A stretch of 64,000 nucleotides of DNA from Epiperipatus broadwayi (taxonomy: Eukaryota; Animalia; Onychophora): NCBI GenBank assembly GCA_028023455.1, contig JAQFVV010000002.1, positions 24,986,001-25,050,000 on the forward strand, written 5' to 3'. Positions 1 to 12,553 of the stretch are shown here, piece after piece. Under the pieces are notes generated by a model. That model searched no databases. It worked only from the letters and a program-made list of their open reading frames with translations, and was not told the DNA's origin. Position numbers and translations under genes: made by a program. Every line of letters begins with the position of its first letter. Positions within the stretch are counted from its first letter, which is position 1.

Positions 1-1141
1 TAAATATTATTCTAACACCACATAAGTACATGTTTAAAATTTCACATAAAGATATTTAACTATAAAATAATCACCTAAAGGTTTATACAAACAATACTTA
101 TGATCTATATGACTTGCAACAACTTATTGACATACAGGGATACCCTCGAATAAGCTTCATACCTAAGTAAAATTCTATAGCCCTCTGTTTAGACTTATGC
201 TTGACTGTATTTATACTTTTTTTAAATCTACTAGGATATAAATTTCTCAAGGCAATAATTTAGAGTTGTATATTTTGATAACCTATAGCTATTTTTTTAA
301 TCTATTTATTTTCCTAATCTCATTTCTATAAAAAGATTAAATAATTCCTTATTTATCTCACACTTTCATCAGCAATTTTTAATCTCTTCATTTATTAATA
401 CATCGAAAATTATTTTAATTTGTTCATTACAAATTATGTCCTACATATACATCATTGCAAATAAACAGCATACTTCAATATGTGCATCAATAAAGTAATC
501 AAATCAAACGCGTTCATTTCATACAGTATAAGTTTTCAAAATGCGTAAAAATATAGTAATAAAATCTATATTATCAAGCACCTATTTCAGAAATCAAGGA
601 TTTAAATTTCAAAATAATAGACAATATTATAAGAACATGTAAGTTTTTATATATCTTGAAGACTTAAATATCAACAATTATAAAATATAATTAATTATTT
701 TAATCATCTTACATTTTTTGTACTACATCAGTCTCTCTAAACTGTTCTTTCACCATGATTGCGGGAAGTTATTCAATGAATATACTAAAATATTTCATAA
801 GGATGGAGCCATTATACTCTTAATCCAGGTAAATTTCCCCAAATTTTGATTGAAAAATAATAACTTCTCCGTGGAAATTTATTTATTCAATTATTATTAT
901 TTAACGGGAAATTTTTTACTATTTACGTATGTAAATGCATATTTTATAACTGGTTTCTTTTTACACTTAGAAAACTATATTGCCTGTTAGAGGCTATTTT
1001 CAGGAAGGTGGGATTGCTTCATAAAAGAATTACGCCATTTGCATTGTCGTTAAAAGTAGTTTAGACCCCCAGTAGTACTGAAAATACATATAAAATAGTA
1101 TATAAGTTTATCTTTGGCATCTATTGGGAGAACGACTTTTA

Positions 1142-1313
1142 ATGGCCACAGGAGCAAATAGTACTCCATTAGGACGTTTAAATCCCGCAATGACTGGTGA
1201 AAGACCATTTAGTGGCCCATCAATGCTTCGACCAAATATAGGTTCATTAAATATAGATGGAAATACGTCAACACAAGGAATGAAGAGAGAAAGAACATTT
1301 GAAGAAAATTGGG
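1142..1313 (+). CDS. SF1: Splicing factor 1 (SF1/BBP), first coding exon
   Basis: ATG at 1142 reads MATGANSTPLG..., matching the metazoan SF1 N-terminus (human MATGANATPL). Donor G|GTAATA at 1313/1314, phase 1, joins in frame with the downstream exons. Confidence 0.85.
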
Positions 1314-2167
1314 GTAATATTTTATATATTATAGCTATCAATGTTTTGTAAGAGAAATGTAGTTTGTTTACTAATAAAATCGAGGCTTATTCCGCCATTT
1401 TATTTTGTTTAAAAAAAAAAGATTCTTATTAATCAATGTTTTACTGAATTAAATTAGTTTTTACATCTTTAGCGAAGAGGTATAGGAGAGTGTTTTTTTG
1501 TGAAACAATGTTAATGATTCCTTTTTTAATAAAGATTATTTCTTTGTTATTTATATTATACATGCTGACCTACAAGATGGTATAAACGTAAGATGGAAAG
1601 AAATATGCATGATGTAAAAAGGTGGTTCATCATACAAAGGTGCTACTATTATATAAATTAGAAAGTGACCGTTCTATCGTCACGCCTTCTGTTCCAGTAC
1701 TTCTGATTTGCTCATATATAAATATTTGAGTCGTAGGAATAAGAGGGATTCTTTTTATTCCTGCATAAATTCTATATCTTGTATTGGTCAGAGGGTATTC
1801 ATTTATTATTTAACACTCACAAAGCGTTTGCACAATTGGCTTGAAAGGCCGATATGAATGTAATTACAATTATATACAGACGCTATAAAAATAAATGCTT
1901 ATTTATATAAATTAGAAAGCTAATAATACATTGTTGATTTTAATCAACTGGAAAAGATAAGTGAGAATATAAAAAAAATTACTATTTTATTTAGCACAAA
2001 ATTGGTATTTTGCGTAAAATTATTCCTCGTGTCCTATATTTCGGTCATCCGATCTATATATTTGTTTTATTTTTATAGAAAATATCAGGAAATTAATTGT
2101 ATGTCTTTTTAAGGTACTTTAATATTAGATCTGTTAAAATAAAACTCAACTCTAACACAGAACAGCA

Positions 2168-3640
2168 GTGATATTTTACAGCAAGTCTTATATTAAAATA
2201 CCCTTTTTAATTTTAAAAGTAATGTTTGGTCTTTTGCCACATTTGTTTTTTTTTATTGTATTTCTGTTAATAATTGTGATCACTATATTAATTAGGAAAA
2301 TTATATTTGTCAATTTGCCTAATATCATAGCATTACTTGAAGTACGTAGATTAAATTCCACCAAATCTCAGATTATTAGTAACAAAAATAATTTTCCGTA
2401 TATTAAGTACTGACGATTATATAATAATAATAGCACTATCAATATTGTGATGAAGAATTCAACTCCCTCATTGCAGATTGTGCACTCTAATATTTTTTTG
2501 AAAAAAAAATTTTATTGATATTGGATCTATATAAAATACATGTTTGCAATCTTATGATACTTATATATGACATTATCAAATACTTTCATCAGCATTTTTC
2601 TTAAGTTCTAAGAAAGTATAAGATTTAATGTCATTATATCCCCTTCCATATTTAAAATCTGTTCTTGAGAAGTTTTAAAAAGTTGATTTATTTTCGAAAA
2701 ACTTTTCCAAGCAGCATTTATTTCTTTTATTTCACACTTTTCATTCCTATTCTTGGACCTTTTTTTTATTATTATTAATAGCCTTTCTCAAAAATTGATC
2801 ATATTACTCAATTTTCTTTCAAAGTATGTTTTTTTTTAAATTGATATTATGTTTTGTTGATTTTATGTGTGAATAAATATGATATCTTATGTTCTCCTTA
2901 TGTTTGTTCTACAATCGATTAGTCACATAAATAAATGGAATAATCTGCATTAAATTTTATAAACATCATGATTTATAACAATGTTTTTTTAATAACAATT
3001 ATTAATAGAGGTTTTTCATATAATAAAAAGATATTGATAATTTAGGAATTAAGGTAGTTCTACCTTATGTAAAGGGAGTAACTTATAAAATTAGTAATGT
3101 TTTCAGAAAATTAATATTCCCAACTGTTTTTACTTTTAAAAAAATTAAGGAAATATTTTTATGTCTTATAGATAAAATTTCTTTAGAATATCATGCTATA
3201 TATGAAATTCTGTGCTGAGTTACCATTCACATTGGGCAGAAAAACCCAATCTTGCAATTAAAGAAAAAAATCATTCATCTGCTATTTATTTGCACATAAA
3301 ATCAACAAATTACATCAATTTTAACAAAATACTATTCTGGCAAAAATTGAACATTGACCAGCAAGTATTATGGAAAACTACAGAAATGTCTAAAAGACCC
3401 AAGAACTAGAATTTAAAAGTATGAATTAAAGAAAATAAATGTTCAGAAAACAATATTGGACGATTAAAAAATTTTTAAAACTTCTCAATCAATAGAACTC
3501 TAATATTAGGGAGAAAAAAATAAGAAAAAAGTGAATAATTTTAAATGTCACATATTTTCTTATAATTTAATTTTTAATTAAAGCAGAGAAGATAGAGCTC
3601 TGATGAAGACTGCTGGATAGTCGAAACTAAGGAGAATAAA
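2168..3640 (+). mobile_element. Decayed Penelope-like retroelement (end of RT plus GIY-YIG endonuclease), sense to SF1, intron 1
   Basis: Fragmentary PLE motifs in the expected order: VLPYVKGVTYKISNVFRK (~3060-3110), HAIYEILC*..HIGQ (~3190-3240), AIKEKNHSSAIYLHIKSTNYINFNKIL (ORF 3212..3409), then a hammerhead-like core at 3600 and AATAAA at 3635. The 5' boundary is approximate. Confidence 0.65.
3600..3631 (+). ncRNA. Hammerhead-ribozyme-like core relic at a PLE 3' end
   Basis: CTGATGA-A-GACT(gctggat)AGTC-GAAA-CTAAG: conserved boxes with a paired stem II. The NUH cleavage triplet and 3' strand of stem I are not recognisable, so it is probably inactive. Confidence 0.5.
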
Positions 3641-3831
3641 GAAGTTTTTAAGAAAATTTGTTGCATTAAAGTGTATAAGAAAGAAGTGTTATAAGCAATA
3701 TATAATATAATTTAAGAAGAAAAAACCTCTGAAGATTGTACTGAAATGTTAGCTATAATTTTTTTTTTTTTTTTGAAAAGTATGCAATTTGAATTTTATG
3801 TATTTTGATAAAATTTTGTTATCATTTCCAA

Positions 3832-4183
3832 ACATCACAGTTGAAGAGATCAAATCAGTTATCTTCTTCATGCGCATGGTAATTCCAGTTAAAATAGTTT
3901 TTATCTTAGACAAAATTTCCTACTAAATAATCATTAGCAATAAAAGTATGTATATATTACTAAATTTGATACTGAAATTTATTGATTATGATAAACTCAT
4001 TATAGCACATCACAGTTGAAGAGATCAAATCATTTATCTTTTTCATGCACATGATAATTTCAGTTAAAATAGGTTTTATCTTAGACAAGATTTCCTACTA
4101 AATAATCATTAGTAATAAAAGTATATATATATATTTCTAAATTTGATATTGAATTTTATTGATTTTGATAAACTCATTATAGC
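3832..4183. repeat. Tandem duplication of a ~175-bp unit (2 copies)
   Basis: ACATCACAGTTGAAGAGATCAAATC...CATTATAGC at 3832-4006 and 4007-4183, with scattered substitutions. Confidence 0.9.
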
Positions 4184-4290
4184 ATGTGAAATTCTTATAA
4201 TAATTTTAATTAATGTGTAAAAATGTTCTTTTTCTGCAAGTGTGTGTGCGTGTTATTGTTTGTTTAATTTTTAACTCTTGTGTTTTTTAG

Positions 4291-4338
4291 GGAGTTGGGA
4301 TTACTTCAACATGACTGGATTAAATTTATCAGAATCAG
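4291..4338 (+). CDS. SF1: SF1 coding exon 2 (48 nt, phase 1-1), (G)SWDYFNMTGLNLSES
   Basis: TTTAAC branch-like motif, pyrimidine tract and TAG acceptor ending at 4290; donor CAG|GTATTT; open and frame-compatible with exons 1 and 3. I do not recognise the peptide from SF1 homologues, so support is from splice signals and phase only. Confidence 0.65.
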
Positions 4339-4583
4339 GTATTTTTTAATATTATTTATATATATGTAATTTAACGTTATTTTAAAAATAGTAATAAAAA
4401 AAACTTAATGATAATCTAATTATGTAAGAAATGAATATTTATACAAATAAAAAGATTCTAAAGCTAATACTGATCAAAGTTCTAATTGTATAATGAAAGT
4501 GTTAAGAAATTCTTCAAAAAATGGTGAGGTTTTATGTTAATATAATATATATATTTATATAAGATATATGAGTACTTACGTAT

Positions 4584-4798
4584 TAGTCCTGTGATATGGA
4601 GCACGTATTAGACATGCGCCTTTTCACATTCGTATCAATCCACTGATAACTTTTTAATCTTGTGATCTGACCAAAATAACGTGTACACAGATCTTGTAAA
4701 TGATATTTTCACAAGATTTACAAAGTTATTGGTAGGTTGAATACATATGTGAAAAGGCGTAGCATATCTAAATACGTGCTCCATGTTGCTTAGGACTA
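4584..4798. mobile_element. MITE-like fold-back element (~215 bp)
   Basis: Imperfect ~45-bp terminal inverted repeats: TAGTCCT..ATGGAGCACGTATT.AGA..GCGCCTTTTCACA and its reverse complement ending AGGACTA. Confidence 0.7.
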
Positions 4799-4829
4799 AA
4801 AATACTACTTTCACACAAAAAATTTAAAC

Positions 4830-5480
4830 AATTTGGAGCAAAATTTACACAAAAAAAAAAAAACAATCTTAAAAATTACATTTTTAACAGCACTTAACAA
4901 AAATATTTCATTTGCCATTCAGAAATACATATGACATTTACAATAAAAATATAAAGTATGGTGTGGAATATAAATTAATAACAATATTAAACAAAATTTG
5001 ACCAAAAAATGTATATTAAACAGTAAATTTTTAAGCAATTGATAAACGAGAGGCTATTATACAAAAAGTCGAAAATGTTACTTTGCCATACAGAAATATA
5101 TATGACTTTCACAGGGAAAATAAGTTGCGGAATATAAATTAGTATTAAACATACGAATTTGATCGAAAAATCGATATTAAAAAGTAAATTTTTTAACAAT
5201 CAATATGACATATCATTATACAAAAAGTTGCAAATGTTACTTTGCCATACAGAAATATGTATAGCATTTACACAAAAAAGTATAAAATTTGTAACAATAA
5301 TAAAGATATGAATTTCAGCAAAAAAATAATAACCAATCTTAAAAAGTACATTTTTAACAAGAGTTCAAAACAAAAAAAAAATTGCTATACAAAAAAATAT
5401 ATATGACTTTACAAGAAAAAATTTAAAACATGGTGCAGGATAGACATTTATAACAATACTAAAGATATGAATTTTACTAT
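4830..5480. repeat. Degenerate tandem array, ~140-170-bp period, about 4 copies
   Basis: Marker TTTGCCATACAGAAATAT-like motif recurs at about 4912, 5082, 5242 and 5383. Confidence 0.7.
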
Positions 5481-5814
5481 AAAATCATTAAATTGCCCAA
5501 AATATTCTAAAAAAACATAAAATATACACTTTCGCTACTTACCATGCAATATATAACAGGAATTGTCGCAAATGAATAAATCTAAGTTCTCTGTTGTCTT
5601 GAAGTAAAAATTTTTCCATCCAATATGAACATATGATTGTGTAGTATATCGCCTGAACGGGATTTTGTCGAAAAACGGTAATAAATAAATGTTAATATTT
5701 TTTTTTGTAAAAAATACAAAAAAAAAGCAAAATTATTTATAAAATTAAAAAATATAACACTTGTATTAATTATTCATATTGGTGGCCTTTTTTTTTTTAT
5801 ACCATTCATTATGT

Positions 5815-5958
5815 AAATGAGTGTATCGTCATCTTGTGATATTTACGCCACATAAATTTGGTCAAACATGGATTCAGGCGTTGCCGTGGTGTTCATCGCT
5901 GTTGCTTATTACACAGCCATTTCACTGAACCCCAAAGTCTTTCGATGTTTTGGGAAAG
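5815..5958 (-). mobile_element. Merlin (ISXO2/IS1595-like) transposase C-terminal fragment
   Basis: Minus strand reads SQNIERLWGSVKWLCNKQQR*TPRQRLNPCLTKFMWRK, which fits the Merlin pattern TQ.IE.LW..K...RGT.R..L.SYL.EFMWR in spacing; internal stop. Confidence 0.7.
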
Positions 5959-6027
5959 TACAGTTATTTACTCACTTAAAATGAATTAAGCAACAATGAA
6001 ATTGGAAATGGACAATAACTATGAAGA

Positions 6028-6260
6028 AAAAATGCAATGTAATTGAAATCAAGCTGTTGTCAGAATGAAATCTTGATCAAAAACTAGTCAAAAAACAATG
6101 GTTTTTGGGAAAGAAAGAAAATTATTTCTTACCAGATCAGATAAAAATGTGAAAAAAATGCAATGCAATTGAAATCCAGCTGTTGTCAGAATGAAATCTT
6201 AAAAAACAAAAACTGGGCAAAAAAAAAATAAATTCTTTTGTTATCAGATCGGATAAAAAA
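6028..6260. repeat. Direct repeat, ~125-bp unit x2
   Basis: AAAAAATGCAATG.AATTGAAATC.AGCTGTTGTCAGAATGAAATCTT...ATCAGAT..GATAAAAA occurs twice. Confidence 0.8.
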
Positions 6261-9200
6261 CACATCTTGATAGGAGATCAGATAACAACATTAGATTTAG
6301 ATTTATTTGATCTAAACACAATGTTACACATTTATAGCAGATGTGAAAAGGCGCAACTGATAAATTTTGAAATATTATAATGAAGTTTATGAAGATTGCC
6401 CATCAAAATTTCTTAGTTTATTTTTTGTGAAGAATTCAACAAGAGTTAGAATCTGAGCGAAAGTATCTTAAACCAATCGTGCCCAAGATACACAGGTCAG
6501 GGGAAATCATGAAATCTGCCCTACTTGCCCATTCTCTAAATCCATAATCTTGTGAATAATACCGCTGATGATAACGGATAAATTTCATTTATTCCAGTCC
6601 CGGAGACACATCGGAGAAGCAAGAGATCATCAGGAAAATGATAAATAATGTACTTAATGACCCCTCATTTGAGAGGAACACTTCCTATTTGTGATAATAT
6701 TTATTAAAGACAAGATTAGTGAAGTGCAGATGGCTGGCATAACATAATGGAGAGCATTGATTATAATATACAGCAGCCATCTATTGTGCACATGTACTAA
6801 GCAACACTCAGACAAAGAATTATTGAAATCAGAATTAGTTGTGGAATGTTTATAATACTATTAATCGAATTAATGACAATATCGCCCTTAAGTAGCTACA
6901 TATATACGTTTAATAAACACAAATAATAAGCCCATTTACATGTAACAACTTAAGTTAATATAGGTTTCACGTAATCAATAGTGATGATTCACGCACTTTT
7001 AAGTTATAAATTTACCACTGCGCATTACAAAACCTGGATTACGATGTATTAAAGAGTGCACAAATAGAAATTTAACATTTTATAAAATATAACACATAAC
7101 CACGGAAGTGCGGCTTAATATGCTAATTGAGAACAGATATTCAATTTACATTATATTTACAATGTTAACACTGTGATAGAGATGTGAAATTAATGACCAT
7201 TAAGAAGCGTGTACACAAACTTACATATATATAAAATCATTTTTAATTATGGTTCACAGTATCATTACGGTGAGGATGTGTTTAAAAAAAATATTACAAA
7301 CTTTATTGGATTAACAATCTCATGTTAAATAAATCATAATAAAAAAAACACTTACTGTCGTGTTTTATTGAATAGCTTTGACTTGACAGAAATAACCAAT
7401 CTGTTACTAGCATATTAAAAGTTGTTTAAATGAGAGAGCAATTACTTAAATACGCTTTACCATGACATTTCTAATACGTACTAATAATAATAAAGCTAGA
7501 ATGGTTTACCAAGATCACAGCATTACAACTTGTAGATATAGTATGGGAGTATAAAATAATCATAAGAAATTGCAGTGCTGACTGAGATGATAGCAAAAGA
7601 AATATTTTATTTTTTCTTTGGACCGAGAAGCGTCATCATTTGTTCACAAGTGCGAACATCTGCGTGCACATGTGACTAATATTTGGAGAAATGGTTGGTA
7701 GGGGATGCCATGGTCCAAGTTTTCCAGGGTTATTCCGTGCAAGCCCTCACTCCAATCTAACACAGTCCTGGGGTCGGTACTTCCAAATCCCCTTTGGACA
7801 AGTTAAAAGAAGAATCTGGGGCTTTCGGAGATTAGTTATGACAAAGCAGTAATACGAAACTTCATAGTGCTATCATGAATGAGCACTGCTAAAATAAGGT
7901 TCTGGTCCTTAATGATACTGACATGTTAACTAAAGCCCTACTAAATTAATAATATCTAGCTTAATGACATGACGGAAAGTAACCCATCCTTAAAGGTATG
8001 CATATGACCTTGAACAATGATTAGAATGTCAAAATTAGAAAGGTGAAAAATATTGTTCCCTTCAATAAACGAACCCAACTACGCTCAACGATTACAATAA
8101 TTATATAGCCAAATTATAACACTTGATGGCATGACAAATAAATGATTGATTATGAAACAGAAAAGATAAGGTCATTAAATCTATTTTAAAGAATATAAAA
8201 TATAGTTCAACCAATAGCGTCAACATGAAGAAATTGGCATCATAGATGACAATTTTATAGCTGCCATGAAACACACATAACCAGTAGCAAGATTATTCAA
8301 TCGAGTGACCTTCATTTCTTAAGAAAACTTAACAATGAAAGATTTAAGTATCCCATAATATCTGGACAAAAACATAAAATAATATATGTTCGCTAGATTG
8401 AGTCATTAGCATATTAAAACCAAATTTAATTGCAATACATAATTAAAATAAAATAAAAATTAAATTCGCCACACTGACACAATAAAGACGTAAATGGAGC
8501 ATGAAACCTAAGAAAAATTGTGCACTTACGTTTTACATGAAGAGAGAGTTATGAGCTTAACTATAATTATTAGAATTAGTCCTATATCACCAATTGTTAG
8601 ATATTCAGAGTGACATTATAATTGAAAACAAAATTATAGCTAAATGAAATGAGGTTAATAGTTCATTTTAACGGCACAGACGGGGCTACTTGACAGCCGT
8701 ACGGGTTATTTATGATTACTAAAATATGGAAAGCACGGTCAGCAACGCAGAATTGAGGTGAAATAATGGTTAGCATAATTCAAAAACTAGTTCATAGTTT
8801 CTTCAAGGCATTTCTCAAGTACAGGTGGCAGGGTAGCATAGAGATATGGAGACAATCTTGGAAAGGCCGGGAACGTGAATTTCTCCCCTCTATTCAGAAG
8901 TCGTAAAAAAAATTTTAGTGACATGGGTTCGGTTAGCAATACTTTTCTTAAAATAGTTTTTTTTCTAGCTCAAATTTGGCTGTATTTATATGGTAGCAAT
9001 CTTTCTAGAAAGTTTTAAGTCGCCACTTGAGGCGATCGGATATGGATTACCCTTTTGTTCAAGGTTACGCTTGAAGAATGAAAAGTTCTCGACAGTATTG
9101 TTCTACTCTATTTCCGTATTAGAAATAGATTCAAAAGATATAATTTCTATTAAATTTTAGAATCTCTTAAACCCACTAATTTAGTAACATTTTAAATTAA

Positions 9201-11967
9201 ATAAGATATATTCTTTGTTTCTTAAATCTAGTGTTATGCTAATTACTCTCCAGAACTTTCTCTGGTATTGCATCAGCTTTATAAATAACACAAATTATAT
9301 AAATAAATAATATGCAGAATTAATAACTTAATAAACCCCTAAAATATTATAGACAATATTTTTATATATCTACTACATACACGACTGTTTATGGCAAGGG
9401 AAATTTTAAGATTTCTGAATTAAAAATATAATTAAATTAATATTATATAACTTTAAAATTTACAAGAGGGGACAATCGCTTGAATGTGCGTACTTATATG
9501 CCCTGATGACTAAACGAATATAGAGATGGGTTTGAACCTTACCTTAAAGTTACTGCTGTCACCAGACTGAAATAAAATGCACCACAGATTTTACTGTTTC
9601 AGTACAGTATTATTAGTATCTTTAAACAGTAGTTTACATCTTCAAAAAAATTTGTAAAACTTGTATAGCTTTAAGCTTGCAAATGAAAATATAATTTATA
9701 ATCAGAGCTTAAGTCAAATATTTTTTGTAGACTTCATAAAATTTAAGACATTTTTGCATGAACTGTTGAGTAAAGCAACTTAAATACTCATGTTTTAAAT
9801 ATGCAATAATTATCTTTATGCTCTGCCAAGAACAAAATAAACAGGCTAATATTTTTGCAATAAATATAGAATTGATTCAAAATGTTATAACTAAATTATC
9901 CAGCTATATTGTCAGTGCGTGTTTATGTAACAAAAAACTATTATATTCTTTACTAACAAAATATCACATGATCACCAATTCCTATCTTGACACTACTGTA
10001 TGGAGAGTTTTCTGCTGTAAAAACAGTATCACAAGAAACATTTGACTTAATCTGCAATAAATAGCGGAGACTAAGTAGCAATGGTGATTATTATGACAGA
10101 TTTTATGTTTTGGAAATTGTTTATCTAGCACCATACATGGATAAATCTAGAGATCAAATACTTTTTACACACCAATGTATTGCTAAGCTCTAGAATCTCC
10201 CATAGTTGTATTTTTTTTTTTTAATTTACTTTAGCTGTCTGATTCAGAAAATAGCTTGAAATGTAAATAATAACTTTTTTTTGCTTATGAGTTCCTGACG
10301 TCAAATATATAATCCATTTAAATGTTGTACATGTTTATTTAAAAGAATGGCAATTCTACTTTCAGATTTAGTTGTCAGCAACACATAAGAAACAATTTAA
10401 CATTTCATAACCATTTTAGTAATATTTACTAAGGCTGTAACCTCAGGAATATGCGTCTGAAAAATGTGAAGGTAGTGCGTTTAAAAATAAATTTATAATT
10501 ATAACCATTTTACATAAATTCTGCAATAGAAAATTTGTTAATTAATAAAATCAAAATTTATAAAACACTGCTCGAACAAAATTATACTGTATCAAACATA
10601 AGCTTTGATTGCATTGTTTTTTTATTAAAATTTTTGACAAATTTATGAAAATTAACCTTTTCATGTTATTAAATGCCGTGAATACTATGAAGTTAAATCT
10701 TTATAAAGTTTTTGTATGAATGATGGGTACTAAACCTTATCCAATTTTTAAAAAGTATTCAAATTGTGTGCATCACTAACTAAATCTAACCAATTTAAGT
10801 TAATTTACAGTAGCTATTTTGAATTGAGTCTCCCAACTATAACATTTGAAAAAAGCTACAAATCGTAATATTGTCAACGAGATAGTATAAATTCAAAATC
10901 ATTAAACACTTCATACATTTAATGTAACATTGAATATAATAATATGAAAAGTATTATTACCTTGTAAATAATTGCATGCAGTTAAAGAACCTTGATGGCT
11001 ATATATGAAATACTTGAATTATTTTGATTTATTTTTTTTTATCTTTACAATTTTGCAATTAAAATTAGTCTTATTTTTTAATTAGAGTTATAGTTTTATA
11101 GTTGTTTTTTTCTTGTGCTCAATATATCATGCAAAATTGATTATACAAATTGCTAACAACTTTTATATATAAAATATTAACAAATTGTCTAATTATATTC
11201 GTAGATCATAGATTTCAACTAACTATTAACTATAATATTACAATGCAGCAAAGTCTTAAAACTGTTGAATTATAATTTAAAATATAAAGAGATGGTTATG
11301 AGGTTCCTACAATTTATTATAATTAATCTCTGGGTGCAAACAGGATTAATGCTAATGTAAGGCAAGTTAATGCTGAATGTAGGTAACTGATATATTTGAT
11401 AGATTTGTGCTGTGAAATATAATTGTTTTTGTGAAAAATTTGACTTGACAAATGAATCTAAATAAAATCAGTACTTCTCTGATATATTTTTAATTTATGT
11501 TGAGAAGAATGGGGAAAGAATAATAATGTTTTGTTTTGATTTAATCCATACTAAGCGTATATTATTGAAAACAGAACAGTAATTCACGAAATGTGTGATG
11601 GTTTCTTAGATAAGTTTAAATAATATACAAACTATTGAGTGACCAAAAATACAGTTTGTTCAAAAAAAAATTAATATTAAAAAAAATGCAACTAAATTTA
11701 TTACCAATAATGAATTTATTTTAAATATCATTTATGTTGCAATGTAAGGAACAATGCCAAAAAAAAATTTGTATTGAAGTATAGAATGTCTGAAAACGTA
11801 TCTAATAATATTAAACCACTGAAAGAAGATCATTTATATTAAAGTAAGACCCAACCTTGGAATAATGTTTTCAAACTTCTATATGATTAATATACTAATG
11901 GGGAAGATGGTGGCTTACAATTCATGTGAATTGTAAAGAGATTAAGATTGATTTATAAAATCCATTA

Positions 11968-12553
11968 AATTGTAATATATTAAAGATCAGCCTTTCAAGC
12001 TATTGTGCATGCGCTTTTTACGAGTGTTAATAATAAATGAATATTTTCACTCCCAACACAAGATATAGTATTTATGAAAGAATAAACTGAATCCACTTAT
12101 TCTTTCAAACCCAAATGCTTATATATGGGCAAATCTTAAGTACTGGAAATGAAAGCGTGAGGATAGACTACTCCCTTTAAATTACTGTTTACGATGTCTG
12201 AATGAATGACGTCGACAAAATTATCTAGAATTTACTAAACGTCACTCTCAAATGAAACTTAAACATATGTAAATAAGCATTTATTTTTATATAGCGCAAT
12301 GTTTATAAATTGTAATACATTAAAGTTCAGCCTTTCAAGCTATTGTGCATGCGCTTTTTACGAGTGTTAATAATAAATGAATACTTTCACTCCCAACACA
12401 AGATATAGTATTTATGAAAGAATAAAATGAATCCACCTATTCTTTCAAACCCAAATACTTATATATGGGCAAATCTTAAGTACTGAAGTTTAGTAAATTC
12501 TAGATAATTTTGTCGACGTCATTCATTCAGACATCGTAAACAGTAATTTAAAG
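11968..12553. repeat. Compound duplication: direct repeat A (11968-12145, 12307-12485) plus perfect 66-bp inverted repeat B (12175-12240, 12488-12553)
   Basis: The A copies differ by only a few substitutions; B' is the exact reverse complement of B. Confidence 0.92.

Noticed and set aside
100-900. Possible minus-strand PLE remnant (ICNDVYVG-like peptide, CTGATGA at ~365)
   Set aside because: Motifs are too short and disrupted to support, and no GAAA/stem II follows the CTGATGA.
1124-1141. Upstream non-ATG start of the ORF-track call (MGERLL)
   Set aside because: The conserved MATGAN start is the ATG at 1142.
1108-1341. Minus-strand 77-aa ORF
   Set aside because: Antisense shadow of SF1 exon 1.
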